Counted from the stretch's first letter, positions 1 to 10,318 are shown. The stretch: DNA of 64,000 bases from Fidelibacterota bacterium (GCA_016844955.1 JAERTH010000039.1:4874-68873); one strand, 5' to 3'. Translations and numbers: made by a program. The notes: a model not told the origin generated them from the letters alone.

Positions 1-348
1 TGCCACTGCTCGCTGTACACCCAGGAGCCGCTTTCTTACACCAGATTGGGCACTAACATCAGCAACTAATTCAGTGACTTCGGGCGAGCGAATTTCTTCA
101 CCCAGTAACTGGCCATCAAGGTACAACTCTTGATTATCGTTATTGAATTCAACCTTGAGGTCAAGATTATCCAATAACACTTGAAGCTCAAGTGTTTGAG
201 AGAGATCTATATTTTCTTTGATTATTTTTAAGGTGATGGCTCGATACATAGCACCAGTATCGATATGGCGGAAATTCAGTCGTTCAGCCACACCATGTGC
301 GGTAGAACTCTTCCCAGATGCTGCAGGGCCATCAATGGCAATAATCAT
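1..348 (-). CDS. cmk: Cytidylate kinase, 5' part (runs off left edge; absent from ORF track)
   Basis: Manual translation from ATG at 348: MIIAIDGPAASGKSSTAHGVAERLNFRHIDTGAMYRAIT..., the CMP kinase P-loop and DTGAMYR motif; frame is open to position 1. Confidence 0.95.
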   Translation of the reverse strand, partial: MIIAIDGPAASGKSSTAHGVAERLNFRHIDTGAMYRAITLKIIKENIDLSQTLELQVLLDNLDLKVEFNNDNQELYLDGQLLGEEIRSPEVTELVADVSAQSGVRKRLLGVQRAVA

Positions 349-484
349 TTCAAAAAGCCGCTTTATTTAATAATATATTTTTCATGCGCTCCAAAGCCGC
401 GGAATATAGACGACCATGGATGCGAACACAACCCAGAAAAAGAGACCTAAATAATTGAATTTTATGCGGCGGAACTGAGCAAGA

Positions 485-2194
485 TTACTTGATCCGATAC
501 CCCAAATCCTCATACTCCAGAACCCAGTTTACAATAATACCAATATCCATGCGCTGAGTGCCACCCAGGAAGCGCCGATTTCTGAAATAGTAGGAGGAAT
601 AATCCTGTTGCGTTTCTTTCTCCATATCAGCACCAAGCGCAGCCAATCTTTCCTGCCATTTCTTAACATTCTCCACACGTAGATCAAGCCAACCATCGGC
701 CGTCCACTTCTGAATATTATCCTCGGTTACCTCAAGAACTGTCCGTCCCTCGAAGTTTGGAGCGGAAATGTCTGGACCGCGCAAAAAGGTTTTGCCATCT
801 TTTAGTAAAATGGGTGTACCGACTGAAAGAATGGTTGAACGTAATTCCTTATTCTCAAGAATTTCAGTTTCCATCTGGGTAGCCAAATCCTCTGGGTTGG
901 CGGCCAGAACGGCTTCGATATTACCCTTTAGACGTTTGAGAATATACACTTCATACAAGAGCTTCGTTAAACGTGGAGGCCCCAGGAGTTCGAAAGCCAC
1001 AGAATCTTTACCGGTTTCTTCCTCAAGCGTTTCCATTTTTTCCAGAGCATCTTTCCTGATAAGCCCGGCACGATATGATGGAGCCAGAACAGATCCATCC
1101 AGGCTGGAGATGATATCATTTCCGGTATTTCCACCTTTGATCTCAAGCAGCGTTAAATCAGCGATCTCTTCTGGGGTGACAAATTCCATCTGCCCCTCCC
1201 CGGTTAGCACCGAGAACTCACCAGCGGAGAAATATCCATTCTCACCGGCATCAATATAGACCGATTCCAGGAATTCATCTTTCAGGCGATTCCAGGTGGT
1301 TTCAGGTGATTTGACCAACTCCTGACCCAGGGTCGTTTCAGCTCCGGGTAGTGCGTCATAAAGCGGAATGTGACTACCGCGCCGTACCACTTTACCATAG
1401 CCAATCTTTTTCCAGGCTATAGCCGCGGTAGGTTTAATCTCTTTAATGATTGGTGCATGAGGAGTTCGTCCCAGCAGCCATAGCAACATGGTGTGGGCTC
1501 CTGCAAGCGAGGATTTACTCATAAGCATTTTTGAGGGTTTGTCTTCTGAGTGGGTGTAAGGAATATTAAATCCCATACCACCGGTGCCACTGGTACCGAC
1601 CTTCAAATAGAGCATGGTTTCAGCCTGGCGCATACTTTCAATGAGAATTTGCACGTGACGAATGAGTTGTGGTATATACAGGGTGGAAATGATCCGCTCA
1701 ACAGTTTCAATAAGCTTGTTGTCAGATTCCTTACCATTTCTGATTTCATTAATCTCAGCACGAAGCTCAGCCACAATTTGATACACGTTCTGATAGGCAA
1801 AAGCTGTCGCCGTATTAATACAATCGATGAGAACCTGAGGTTTGTGCTGATCCATAATCTGGTAAAGTTTTGAATTTCCAATAATGTCTGGACCTAGATC
1901 GTCATAGATATCATGTATCATTAACTCAACCTGCTCAGGCTTGGAAAAGATATCTGCTTTGGATAGGTTGGACAGTTCATCTCTTACAAACAAATCCCCG
2001 TGGACTGAAATTATTTTTGTGCCTTGATTTAGGGGATGATCTTCCAGGATTGTTTGGATTTCCTCAGCCTCGTTTTTCCGCAGAGATGTGACAATGAGCT
2101 CAGATGGTTGTTCTTCCAGAAGTTGTTTTGCTATGGCCTGACCAACAAGACCCCAACCACCAAAAATCATTACCCGTCTACCTCTAATGTCCAT
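485..2194 (-). CDS. Uncharacterised 569-aa protein with N-terminal Rossmann (SDR/KR-like) dinucleotide-binding motif
   Basis: Long ORF; GGWGLVG (GxxGxxG) after a beta strand at the N terminus; start overlaps rluB stop by 11 nt. Confidence 0.7.
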   Translation of the reverse strand: MDIRGRRVMIFGGWGLVGQAIAKQLLEEQPSELIVTSLRKNEAEEIQTILEDHPLNQGTKIISVHGDLFVRDELSNLSKADIFSKPEQVELMIHDIYDDLGPDIIGNSKLYQIMDQHKPQVLIDCINTATAFAYQNVYQIVAELRAEINEIRNGKESDNKLIETVERIISTLYIPQLIRHVQILIESMRQAETMLYLKVGTSGTGGMGFNIPYTHSEDKPSKMLMSKSSLAGAHTMLLWLLGRTPHAPIIKEIKPTAAIAWKKIGYGKVVRRGSHIPLYDALPGAETTLGQELVKSPETTWNRLKDEFLESVYIDAGENGYFSAGEFSVLTGEGQMEFVTPEEIADLTLLEIKGGNTGNDIISSLDGSVLAPSYRAGLIRKDALEKMETLEEETGKDSVAFELLGPPRLTKLLYEVYILKRLKGNIEAVLAANPEDLATQMETEILENKELRSTILSVGTPILLKDGKTFLRGPDISAPNFEGRTVLEVTEDNIQKWTADGWLDLRVENVKKWQERLAALGADMEKETQQDYSSYYFRNRRFLGGTQRMDIGIIVNWVLEYEDLGYRIK

Positions 2195-2924
2195 GTGCCA
2201 ACTCCTTCAATTTTTCAACCTCTTTGGATGACAATTCGCGATATTTTCCCTCAGCCAGATCATCCACTCTTAAAAAAGCAAACTGTTCCCGGTGTAGTTT
2301 GACTACCCGATGCCCCAAAGCCATGAAGATTCGTTTAATTTCACGCTTGCGGCCCTCTCTGAGGACCAGTTTAACGTCTGTAAAACGATCGGTATATTCG
2401 TGGTTGAGCACCTCAGCTATTGCGGGTGTCTTAGCTTCAATATTTATGCCAAGCGGAATGCGTTGTAGATCATCCTGACTTACCTGGCCCAGCACACGAA
2501 CTGCATAAGTTTTGGGAATCTGAAATTTTGGATGGGTCAGACTATAGGCCAGGTCTCCATCGTTGGTAAGCACGATAGCACCAGTGGTATCATAATCAAG
2601 CCGTCCCACAGGGTATATTCTATCCTTAGAAGGTATTAAATCTATGATGGTGGTTCGGCCATAGGGGTCGTTGGTAGTGGTGATGACCTGGGCCGGTTTG
2701 TTGAGCAGGTAGTAGTGATAGGGGGTTTCAAGTAGAATTGGCTGCTCCTGAAAAATCACTTCATCCTGACCTACCTGTATTTGTACTGCCGGATTTTTTT
2801 CAATTGACCCATTCACAGAAACCAGGCCACGCTGGATGAGGTCATCGCAAACACGTCGTGAACCCAGGCCAGCCATGGCCAGATATCGATTGAAGCGAAT
2901 GTGTGTTCCAGATTTTTCGGACAT
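2184..2924 (-). CDS. rluB: rRNA pseudouridine synthase, RluB/RsuA family
   Basis: N-terminal S4 domain (RFNRYLAMAGLGSRR), catalytic GRLDYDTTG motif, EGRKREIKR. Confidence 0.88.
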   Translation of the reverse strand: MSEKSGTHIRFNRYLAMAGLGSRRVCDDLIQRGLVSVNGSIEKNPAVQIQVGQDEVIFQEQPILLETPYHYYLLNKPAQVITTTNDPYGRTTIIDLIPSKDRIYPVGRLDYDTTGAIVLTNDGDLAYSLTHPKFQIPKTYAVRVLGQVSQDDLQRIPLGINIEAKTPAIAEVLNHEYTDRFTDVKLVLREGRKREIKRIFMALGHRVVKLHREQFAFLRVDDLAEGKYRELSSKEVEKLKELAHGH

Positions 2925-2936
2925 GGTTTTGTAATT

Positions 2937-2971
2937 AAAAACATACGCACGGGGGAAATCCCTGAGTGCGT
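2937..2971 (-). terminator. Possible intrinsic terminator between scpB and rluB
   Basis: ACGCAC...GTGCGT stem (2945-2971) with inner GGG/CCC stem, followed on the minus strand by ATGTTTTT. Confidence 0.4.
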
Positions 2972-3526
2972 TTACAGAAGTTCTTCCTGATCTTCGCTGA
3001 GAATATCTTCAACTTCTCTCAATTTGGGTAAATCTTTGACAGAATTCAGTCCAAAATATTGGAGAAATTCTGAGCTGGTGCGATACAACAGTGCTCGACC
3101 CGGACCTTCGTCACGGCCACGTATTTCCAGTAACTTTCGATCCAAAAGTGTCCGCAGAGATGAATCTGAACTCACACCCCGAATGGCTTCAATATCATTT
3201 CTGGTGACGGGTTGCCGGTAACTCACAATTGCCAGGGTTTCAAGAGCAGCCTGTGAGAGTCTTAGTTTTCCAGATTTAGTAAATAACCCTTTGATATAGG
3301 TTTCGTATTCGGCTTTGGTAACTATCTGAAATCCGCCTGCAACTTCTTTTATAAAAAATGACCTGTTGGAAGATTCATATTCGGTCTGCAGCTCATCGAT
3401 GATTTCTTTCAGTGGTGCCTTGGTTTTGACTTCACCCATGGCAGCCTTGAATCGTGCTTCTGTTAGGGGCTCCGGAGAAGCGATAAGCAGCGCTTCTACA
3501 ATCTGTTTTGATTCATCAATTTTCAA
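2972..3526 (-). CDS. scpB: SMC-Scp complex subunit ScpB
   Basis: LSQAALETLAIVSYRQPVTR, IRGV, GRALLYRTSSEFLQYFGL motifs; likely TTG start at 3526 after GAGGGAG (track start 3559). Confidence 0.95.
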   Translation of the reverse strand: MKIDESKQIVEALLIASPEPLTEARFKAAMGEVKTKAPLKEIIDELQTEYESSNRSFFIKEVAGGFQIVTKAEYETYIKGLFTKSGKLRLSQAALETLAIVSYRQPVTRNDIEAIRGVSSDSSLRTLLDRKLLEIRGRDEGPGRALLYRTSSEFLQYFGLNSVKDLPKLREVEDILSEDQEELL

Positions 3527-4247
3527 ATTTACTCCCTCGGGATAAAAGTAGATCATCAAATAGTTTTGATTGCTTTACCTTTACCTGGCGATTTCTCAGC
3601 ATCTCCAAGATGGCCAGGAAGGTCACAACCACAATCAACCGCGATTCAAAGCGCTCCAGAAGATTCGCAAAAGAAAGCTTTGGGCTGGATTGCAACAATC
3701 CCTGCAAAAACCCGATCTGCTCTGAGAGGGTAACCTCCTCTACGGCTACCGCATGAGTCACGGGCTCCTCAAAATTCTTCAGGAGATATTGAAAGGTCAA
3801 CATTATGTCATACAATTTAACATCTTCAAGTATGGCAGTTTGATCTTCCTGCTGAGGACTAAAGGCCACTGGAATGTGATAGTAGTGCGGACGCTCATGT
3901 CGTTCCATCTCAGCAAAAGCACTGGATGCCTCTTTATAGCGCTTGTATTCCAGCAGCATATTCATCAGCTCGGTGCGAGGATCTTCGACCTCCTCATCTC
4001 CCTCAGCTTCTACGGGCAGTAACATGCGGGCTTTTATTTTCATGAGGGTAGCTGCCATGAGCACAAAATCACCTGCCGAATGTAGTTTCAATTCCTTGGC
4101 CAGCTCCACATATCCAAGAAAATCTTTGGTAATTTGAGCAATGGGAATATCGTAGATATTCAGTTCATCGCGTTTGATCAGGAAGAGCAGGAGATCCAGG
4201 GGACCCTCAAACATTTCCAGATCTATGCGATGGGACCTACTGAGCAT
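3516..4247 (-). CDS. scpA: Segregation and condensation protein ScpA (kleisin)
   Basis: FEGPLDLLLFLI, IPIAQIT, LMKIKARMLLP, VVTFLAILEM motifs; adjacent to scpB. Confidence 0.95.
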   Translation of the reverse strand: MLSRSHRIDLEMFEGPLDLLLFLIKRDELNIYDIPIAQITKDFLGYVELAKELKLHSAGDFVLMAATLMKIKARMLLPVEAEGDEEVEDPRTELMNMLLEYKRYKEASSAFAEMERHERPHYYHIPVAFSPQQEDQTAILEDVKLYDIMLTFQYLLKNFEEPVTHAVAVEEVTLSEQIGFLQGLLQSSPKLSFANLLERFESRLIVVVTFLAILEMLRNRQVKVKQSKLFDDLLLSRGSKFEN

Positions 4248-5269
4248 CAGGAACGTCCTGCGGGTACAAATCCAATTTTGCGATATACTTTACTCAAGGT
4301 TTTTGTGGCCATATAGCGTGCTCTGTTCGCCCCTTCATCAAGGATACCGGTGAGATACCCCTTCTCCCCGATCACCTTATTATAGCGATCCTGAAAAGGC
4401 TCCAGAAAAGCCACAAGCGAATCAGCAAGCTCACCCTTGAAATTGCTATATTGCTGTCCAGCAAATTGTTGTGCAACCGCATCAACTGACGTGTCATTGA
4501 GGACTGAATAAATGGTAATCAAATTACCGATTCCTGAACTATTGGGAGATTCTGGTGTGATTTCACGTGCAGAATCAGTTACCGCTCGCTTGATTTTACG
4601 TCTGAGCACATCTGGGGGGTCCAGTAGAGAGATATAGTTATTCTCATTGGCATCGGACTTCGACATTTTTTTGTCGGGTTCCTGTAAACTCATGATGCGG
4701 GCTCCAGCCTTCGGAATAAATGGTTCCGGAACCTTAAATGTCGGGCTGTAGGTATTATTGAATCGATTGGCAATATCCCGTGTCAATTCAAGATGCTGTT
4801 TCTGGTCGGCTCCCACCGGAACCAGGTCAGTTTGATACAGCAGTATGTCAGCAGCCATCAGCGCTGGATACGCATATAACCCCGCATTGATATTATCCTC
4901 GTGACGTTTTGATTTGTCCTTGAACTGGGTCATGCGATTCAATTCACCCATATAGGTGTAACAGTTCAACACCCAGGCTAACTCTGCGTGCTGTGGAACG
5001 TGTGATTGCATAAAAATCACATTTTTTGAGGGGTCAATACCAGCTGCCAGATATTGGGCGGCAAAAGAGAGACAACGATTACGCAAATGAGCAGGTTTTT
5101 GCCGAACCGTTATGGCATGCATGTCAACCACCATGAAAATACCGAGGTAATCCTGTTGGAGATTTACCCAGTTCCTCATGGCTCCCACATAATTACCCAG
5201 GGCCAGATGGCCTGATGGTTGGATTCCTGATAGTAGAATAGGCTTTTTATCTTTTTTAACTTCACTCAT
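4247..5269 (-). CDS. trpS: Tryptophanyl-tRNA synthetase
   Basis: SGIQPSGHLALGNY, VPVGADQKQHLE, KMSKS. Confidence 0.97.
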   Translation of the reverse strand: MSEVKKDKKPILLSGIQPSGHLALGNYVGAMRNWVNLQQDYLGIFMVVDMHAITVRQKPAHLRNRCLSFAAQYLAAGIDPSKNVIFMQSHVPQHAELAWVLNCYTYMGELNRMTQFKDKSKRHEDNINAGLYAYPALMAADILLYQTDLVPVGADQKQHLELTRDIANRFNNTYSPTFKVPEPFIPKAGARIMSLQEPDKKMSKSDANENNYISLLDPPDVLRRKIKRAVTDSAREITPESPNSSGIGNLITIYSVLNDTSVDAVAQQFAGQQYSNFKGELADSLVAFLEPFQDRYNKVIGEKGYLTGILDEGANRARYMATKTLSKVYRKIGFVPAGRS

Positions 5270-5287
5270 TTTATAATCACTTCTAAA

Positions 5288-6079
5288 TTAGATAATGCGC
5301 ATGGTCTTGGTGTAGATTTTGGCATATTTTTCAATATAAAGATCGGTATGATCCGGATTTAAACTATTCAATTTCACGTACCCTGAAGCATGGATGAAAT
5401 CACCATTCCCCAGCGAAATTGCCACATGGGTAATACTTTCATTTCGCTCTGTAAAATAGATCAGGTCACCGACTTGCCATTGGTTAAAGTCATCACTTAC
5501 AGCCCTGCCAATTTCAGCTTGTTGATAAGCATCCCGGGGCAATTGAAAGCCCTGTAAGAAATAGGATGTTTGTACGAAACCAGAGCAGTCAAAGCCCTTA
5601 GGGGATTTGCCACCCCAGAAGTATTGAATACCCAAAAATGTGAAAGCAGTTTCGATTAATGCTTCCATATCAACATCCTCGACGAGGTGTCTGGGATTAT
5701 ACTCTACCCAGCCAGCCCTGCCATCTGGGAGTTTCACTTGTACCCACCCCTCACGCTTCTCAAGCAAAGGCAATTTGGAGAGCAGCGTCATGTCACGCAT
5801 GGTAGTAGATCGATTATCAGGGCTCTGATAGATCCAGGCTATTTGATCCCTTCCAGAGTAGAAATCATTTTTATCCCAGTCATCAGGTTTCTGGACCAGA
5901 TAAAATCGAGCCACCCATCCCTCATAACCATCTTCCAGTCGCACACGAACCCATTCACCCTGTTCTTCCAAGACTTCCAGAGTCTCAGCCAGATAGGTTT
6001 GGGTGACGGTTTCTGATTTAAAGCTGGCTTCCCTGTAAACGAAAGCAATACTTACATTGGTTAGCATTTCTAAGGCCAA
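5288..6079 (-). CDS. SH3-domain NlpC/P60 (C40) peptidase, YkfC-like
   Basis: SH3b-like repeats (WVRVRLEDGYEGWV, WVQVKLPDGRAGWV) plus FDCSGFV, THVAI, FIHAS triad; TTG start at 6079 follows AAGGAGG (track start 6199). Confidence 0.85.
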   Translation of the reverse strand: MALEMLTNVSIAFVYREASFKSETVTQTYLAETLEVLEEQGEWVRVRLEDGYEGWVARFYLVQKPDDWDKNDFYSGRDQIAWIYQSPDNRSTTMRDMTLLSKLPLLEKREGWVQVKLPDGRAGWVEYNPRHLVEDVDMEALIETAFTFLGIQYFWGGKSPKGFDCSGFVQTSYFLQGFQLPRDAYQQAEIGRAVSDDFNQWQVGDLIYFTERNESITHVAISLGNGDFIHASGYVKLNSLNPDHTDLYIEKYAKIYTKTMRII

Positions 6080-6298
6080 ATTGCCCCTCCTTTGCGATGC
6101 GGAATTTAATCGCTGAAAACGGCGAAACAAGGGTTGCTCCAGTCTCTCGTTCACGGAGTCCTGAATGCAGATATCTAAGGCAAAAAATAGTTTGCCCACT
6201 ATGAGGCTTTGCAGTAAATAGTCGCCATGATCGATGAATCACTTCAACATGCTCAGCAATCCCCTACATCAATATCCTAAGGCGCAAATCTGATCAAT

Positions 6299-7666
6299 AT
6301 GGATCCACTGGCACTTTCATCTGCAAAACAACGTCTACTTGAACAGCTTCAAAACAAGTGCGGGGAAATGCAAAATGCTGATCATTCTCAAATTGTACGA
6401 TGTCAAGTTGAGGTTGAGAATGTAGCAGCCATGCAGTGGCTGGCCTGGCAAACCATTCCCATTAAGACCTACTGGGCCAATCGTAATCAAGAGTTTAAAA
6501 TGGCAGGTGTGGGTATCGCTCATGAGATTTCCGGCCAGGAAACACCTGACCTGCACAAGCTCTTTACCGAACTGCATGAATTGCTGGACCCTAAATATCC
6601 AGACCTCAGATATTATGGCGGCTTTCAGTTTAATCAGGGGAGTAAACCTTCCAGAGAATGGGAAAGTTTTGGCGCCTACCGCTTTATTGTTCCTCAGTTT
6701 GAACTTCACCGCTCAGATGCCGGGACTTTTTTGGTCTGTAACTATTTTTACCGCATTGATCAGGAGAATCGGTTGGATGATCTCCTGTCTGACCTAGATC
6801 AGCTAAAGTTTGAGCTTACCCTTAGCGACTGGGGTGAACGGGCTGTGCTACACCGCAAGGATGTACCTGATCGAGATGGCTGGCAATCCTCTGTGATGAC
6901 AGCGCTGAATGATATGAGTCTGGAAAAGTATGAAAAGGTGGTTCTGGCCAGGAAAGCCACCCTCACCTTTAACGACCCTGTTGACCCTGTTGCCTATTTG
7001 CTACGCTTGCGAAGAATGTCGGAAGAGACATTCAACTTCTATTTTCAGGCAGATGAGGGGCACGCCTTTCTAGGGGCTACTCCAGAACGCCTGTTCAAAA
7101 GGCAGAATAGACGCATTCTCACTGAAGCGATTGCAGGAACACGCCCCCGTGGAAAAACAACACGCGATGACGAGCGCTATGCTAAAGCATTACTTGGCTC
7201 TGACAAAGAGTTGCGCGAACATGCCATAGTGGTGGATATGATCCAGAACGTTTTGGACAAGCATTGCCATGTACTTGCTGTCGATGAAGAGGTTCAAATC
7301 ACCCAACTTTCACATGTACAACATCTCTGCAAACACTTTGTGGGTGAATTGGATGAAACCACCAGCGATGCGGAATTGATCAGCGATCTTCATCCTACCC
7401 CAGCCATGGGTGGATACCCCACAGATATTGCCCTGGAAGCTATTAAGGCCCTTGAACCCTTTAATCGAGGTTGGTACGCTGCCCCCATCGGGTTTGTTGG
7501 CCCGATTCATACTGAATTTGTGGTCGCCATACGATCAGCACTTATTGAGCGTGAGCGGGTCTCACTATACTCTGGTGCAGGTATTGTGGAGGGTTCGGAC
7601 CCTGCAGAGGAGTGGCAGGAGATCGAAGATAAAATCAGCAAATTCTTGAAGGCCCTCGACCTGTAG
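6299..7666 (+). CDS. menF: Isochorismate synthase
   Basis: GATPERL, AIAGT, HPTPAMGG, RGWYA, GAGIV chorismate-binding motifs; heads men cluster. Confidence 0.9.
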   Translation: MDPLALSSAKQRLLEQLQNKCGEMQNADHSQIVRCQVEVENVAAMQWLAWQTIPIKTYWANRNQEFKMAGVGIAHEISGQETPDLHKLFTELHELLDPKYPDLRYYGGFQFNQGSKPSREWESFGAYRFIVPQFELHRSDAGTFLVCNYFYRIDQENRLDDLLSDLDQLKFELTLSDWGERAVLHRKDVPDRDGWQSSVMTALNDMSLEKYEKVVLARKATLTFNDPVDPVAYLLRLRRMSEETFNFYFQADEGHAFLGATPERLFKRQNRRILTEAIAGTRPRGKTTRDDERYAKALLGSDKELREHAIVVDMIQNVLDKHCHVLAVDEEVQITQLSHVQHLCKHFVGELDETTSDAELISDLHPTPAMGGYPTDIALEAIKALEPFNRGWYAAPIGFVGPIHTEFVVAIRSALIERERVSLYSGAGIVEGSDPAEEWQEIEDKISKFLKALDL

Positions 7667-7815
7667 TCACCCGATCTCTTGATTGAGATTCATACTCCCC
7701 CTCACATTAAACCACCATTTTTGTGACTGTATTCAAAGCCCATCTTCATTAGATTGGTAGTCATGTTAATTCGAATCAATAATATCAAGCGTACCTTGAT
7801 CCGCCAATAAGCTTT

Positions 7816-9522
7816 ATGACACAAAATCTGGCTGTGAGTAGTGCAATAATTGAAAGACTCATTCAATGGGGAGTGACTCATTTTGTCGTTTCCCCGGGTT
7901 CTCGATCAACGCCTTTGACCGTTGCCGTCGCGAGAAATTTAAAGGCAAAAACGACCATCCATTATGACGAACGGGGTGCGGCTTATTTTGCCCTGGGACA
8001 TGCCAAGGCTACCGGCAAACCAGCCGTGTTGATCTGTACATCGGGTACTGCAGTAGCCAATTATTTTCCGGCAGTTGTAGAAGCATCGATGGACAATATC
8101 CCTTTATTTATTCTTAGCGCAGATCGGCCACCAGAGCTCATTGGTGTGGGTGCCAACCAGGCCATATTTCAGGATAATATTTATGGCATTTACCCGCGTC
8201 TTACGCGAAACCTTCCACCAACTCCAGTGGATTCCTCCGAACTGACATTTATAGCGACTGTCGATGAATGTTACCGAGCCGCAATGGGGGCGAGACCAGG
8301 GCCCGTCCAATTAAACTGTCAGTTCAGAGAACCTTTGCTTCCGGTAAATAGTGAAACCGATGTATCATTCACACTTGATCTTGCCACTGCCCCTGAATTC
8401 AAATTTGCTGCTGAAGCTGCACCCGATACGGCTATTCCAAGTGAAGCAATACATGCTCAAATAAAAACGAGCAGTCGCGGCCTAATCATTGTGGGGCGTT
8501 CTGTGGATTCAAGTCTTTGCGAGGACATTCTGGCTCTGGCTGATTCTCTTTATTGGCCAATTTTTGCCGATGTACAATCCAATCTCAGATTTTCAGAACA
8601 TCCCAATGTAATCAATCATTTTGATCTGGATCTACTGAACAATGATTGTCCCTCGGAAAAACCAGATACCATCATTCACCTGGGAAGTGCCTTCACGTCA
8701 AAACGATTGCTATCCTATATAAATGATCCAGATATTTTTTATGTATCCGTTAAAACCACACCAGAAAAAGTGGATCCGAATCATCAGATTGACATTGCTG
8801 TCCAGTCTGATATCCGTGTTTTCTGCAAAAACTTCATTCAGGCGGGGTTGTCTACTTCTTCAAAGTGGTTAGAAATCTGGCAGGATTTAGATCTCAGAAC
8901 TTCACAACAGATATTGGAAATGCTGAAAGCTGAAGATTCGCTAAACGAACCGGGGATCAGCTTTCAATTATCTGAATTGATACCGGACGGACACTCGCTC
9001 ATGCTGGCCAACAGTATGGCAGTGAGAGAAATGGATATGTTCGCCGCACCCAATCCAACCATAGGTAAGGTGTTCGCCAACCGTGGAGCCAGTGGCATTG
9101 ATGGTTTGATGGCTACAGCCGCCGGGTATCAGTCCGCATCAAACAAACCACTGACACTGCTTATCGGTGACCTGGCCTTCCTCCATGACCTGAATTCACT
9201 CCTACTCATCAAGAATTCCAGGCAACCAGTCATAATTGTTGTTATAAACAATGACGGTGGTGGCATTTTTAATTTTTTACCAGTTCGCGCAGAGAAGGAT
9301 GTGTTTGAGCCCTACTTTGGGACTCCACATGGTCTAACATTTCAGAAAGCTGCTGAGCTGTTTAATCTGCCCTATACAAAACCGAAAGATATGAACGAGT
9401 TCACGTGGCAGTATAGTCAACTAATCTCAAATTCAGAATCTGCTGTTATTGAGGTGCGTACCGACCGTGATGCAAACCATGAATTTCACCAAAGGATGTT
9501 TGATTTAATCCGTGAAGCCTGA
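7816..9522 (+). CDS. menD: SEPHCHC synthase
   Basis: SPGSRSTPL, DERGAAYFALG, CTSGTAVAN, NRGASGIDG, GDLAFLHD. Confidence 0.97.
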   Translation: MTQNLAVSSAIIERLIQWGVTHFVVSPGSRSTPLTVAVARNLKAKTTIHYDERGAAYFALGHAKATGKPAVLICTSGTAVANYFPAVVEASMDNIPLFILSADRPPELIGVGANQAIFQDNIYGIYPRLTRNLPPTPVDSSELTFIATVDECYRAAMGARPGPVQLNCQFREPLLPVNSETDVSFTLDLATAPEFKFAAEAAPDTAIPSEAIHAQIKTSSRGLIIVGRSVDSSLCEDILALADSLYWPIFADVQSNLRFSEHPNVINHFDLDLLNNDCPSEKPDTIIHLGSAFTSKRLLSYINDPDIFYVSVKTTPEKVDPNHQIDIAVQSDIRVFCKNFIQAGLSTSSKWLEIWQDLDLRTSQQILEMLKAEDSLNEPGISFQLSELIPDGHSLMLANSMAVREMDMFAAPNPTIGKVFANRGASGIDGLMATAAGYQSASNKPLTLLIGDLAFLHDLNSLLLIKNSRQPVIIVVINNDGGGIFNFLPVRAEKDVFEPYFGTPHGLTFQKAAELFNLPYTKPKDMNEFTWQYSQLISNSESAVIEVRTDRDANHEFHQRMFDLIREA

Positions 9523-10318
9523 CAAGTCAACATTCACCTGGAACATGAGATTTGAAGGTAATCGGGAGGGATTACCCCTTCTCTGGTTGCATGGATTTAT
9601 GGGATTTGGGGATGATTGGTTACATCTGGTCCATGATCATTTTAACGATTATTGTAACATCCTGGTTGATTTGCCGGGCCATGGGAAATCCGTTTTAAGC
9701 GATAAAGTTGATTACCCTTCTGTTCTCCATTCACTGATAGAGCAGCTTGCCTCTGCTGGTATCCAAAAATTTGTGGTGATTGGCTATTCTATGGGAGGTC
9801 GGACAGCCATTCACCTACAAAGGGTTCATTCTGAAAACATCATTGCATTGATTGGTTTGTCTACAGCTCCAGGGTTAAGGACTGAACAAGAGCGTCAAAA
9901 CCGATTGGATTCAGATAAAGATTTAATGGATAAACTGCAAAGTATTGGATTCGATGATTTTCTACAAGACTGGTATTTTCTTTCGCTATTCAAAAGTATT
10001 CAGAAGAACGAGAACCTGCTTAAGAATTTGATCGGAAGCAGATCAACTCAGGATTCAGATCAATTACTGCTGTCCCTGACTTTGCTTGGAAATGGAGCCC
10101 TCCCCTCACTCTGGGAACATCTTAAGGAAATACAGTGCCCGGTACTGCTTATGGGGGGGGCACTGGATGAGAAATATGGCAAAATCAACGAGGAAATGAT
10201 GGAACAACTACCCCATGGTCAACTCGCAATCATCAGGGGGGGCGATCATGCTTTCCATATGGAAAAACCATTGGAAACAGCCCGGGTTATAAGACATTTT
10301 CTCAGAGAAATAATTTAA
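9512..10318 (+). CDS. menH: SHCHC synthase (alpha/beta hydrolase)
   Basis: LHGFMG, GYSMGG nucleophile elbow, C-terminal His; between menD and menB. Confidence 0.88.
   Translation: MKPDKSTFTWNMRFEGNREGLPLLWLHGFMGFGDDWLHLVHDHFNDYCNILVDLPGHGKSVLSDKVDYPSVLHSLIEQLASAGIQKFVVIGYSMGGRTAIHLQRVHSENIIALIGLSTAPGLRTEQERQNRLDSDKDLMDKLQSIGFDDFLQDWYFLSLFKSIQKNENLLKNLIGSRSTQDSDQLLLSLTLLGNGALPSLWEHLKEIQCPVLLMGGALDEKYGKINEEMMEQLPHGQLAIIRGGDHAFHMEKPLETARVIRHFLREII

Noticed and set aside
265-450. 61-aa plus-strand ORF from the track
   Set aside because: It overlaps the 5' end of cmk on the opposite strand, which has unmistakable motifs
2960-2966. CCCTGAG in the scpB-rluB gap as another REP copy
   Set aside because: It lacks the CGAAG partner and the flanking oligomer repeats, and is explained by the local terminator-like hairpin
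6179-6196. GGCAAA-N6-TTTGCC and recurring TAAGGC in the divergent menF/NlpC region
   Set aside because: Arms of 6 bp or less are expected by chance in AT-rich intergenic DNA, and there is no independent support
6080-6199. N-terminal extensions given by the ORF track (NlpC, scpB, glnS, enoyl-CoA hydratase, 57711 ORF, 55855 ORF)
   Set aside because: Downstream starts have clear Shine-Dalgarno sequences and match expected domain or signal-peptide boundaries
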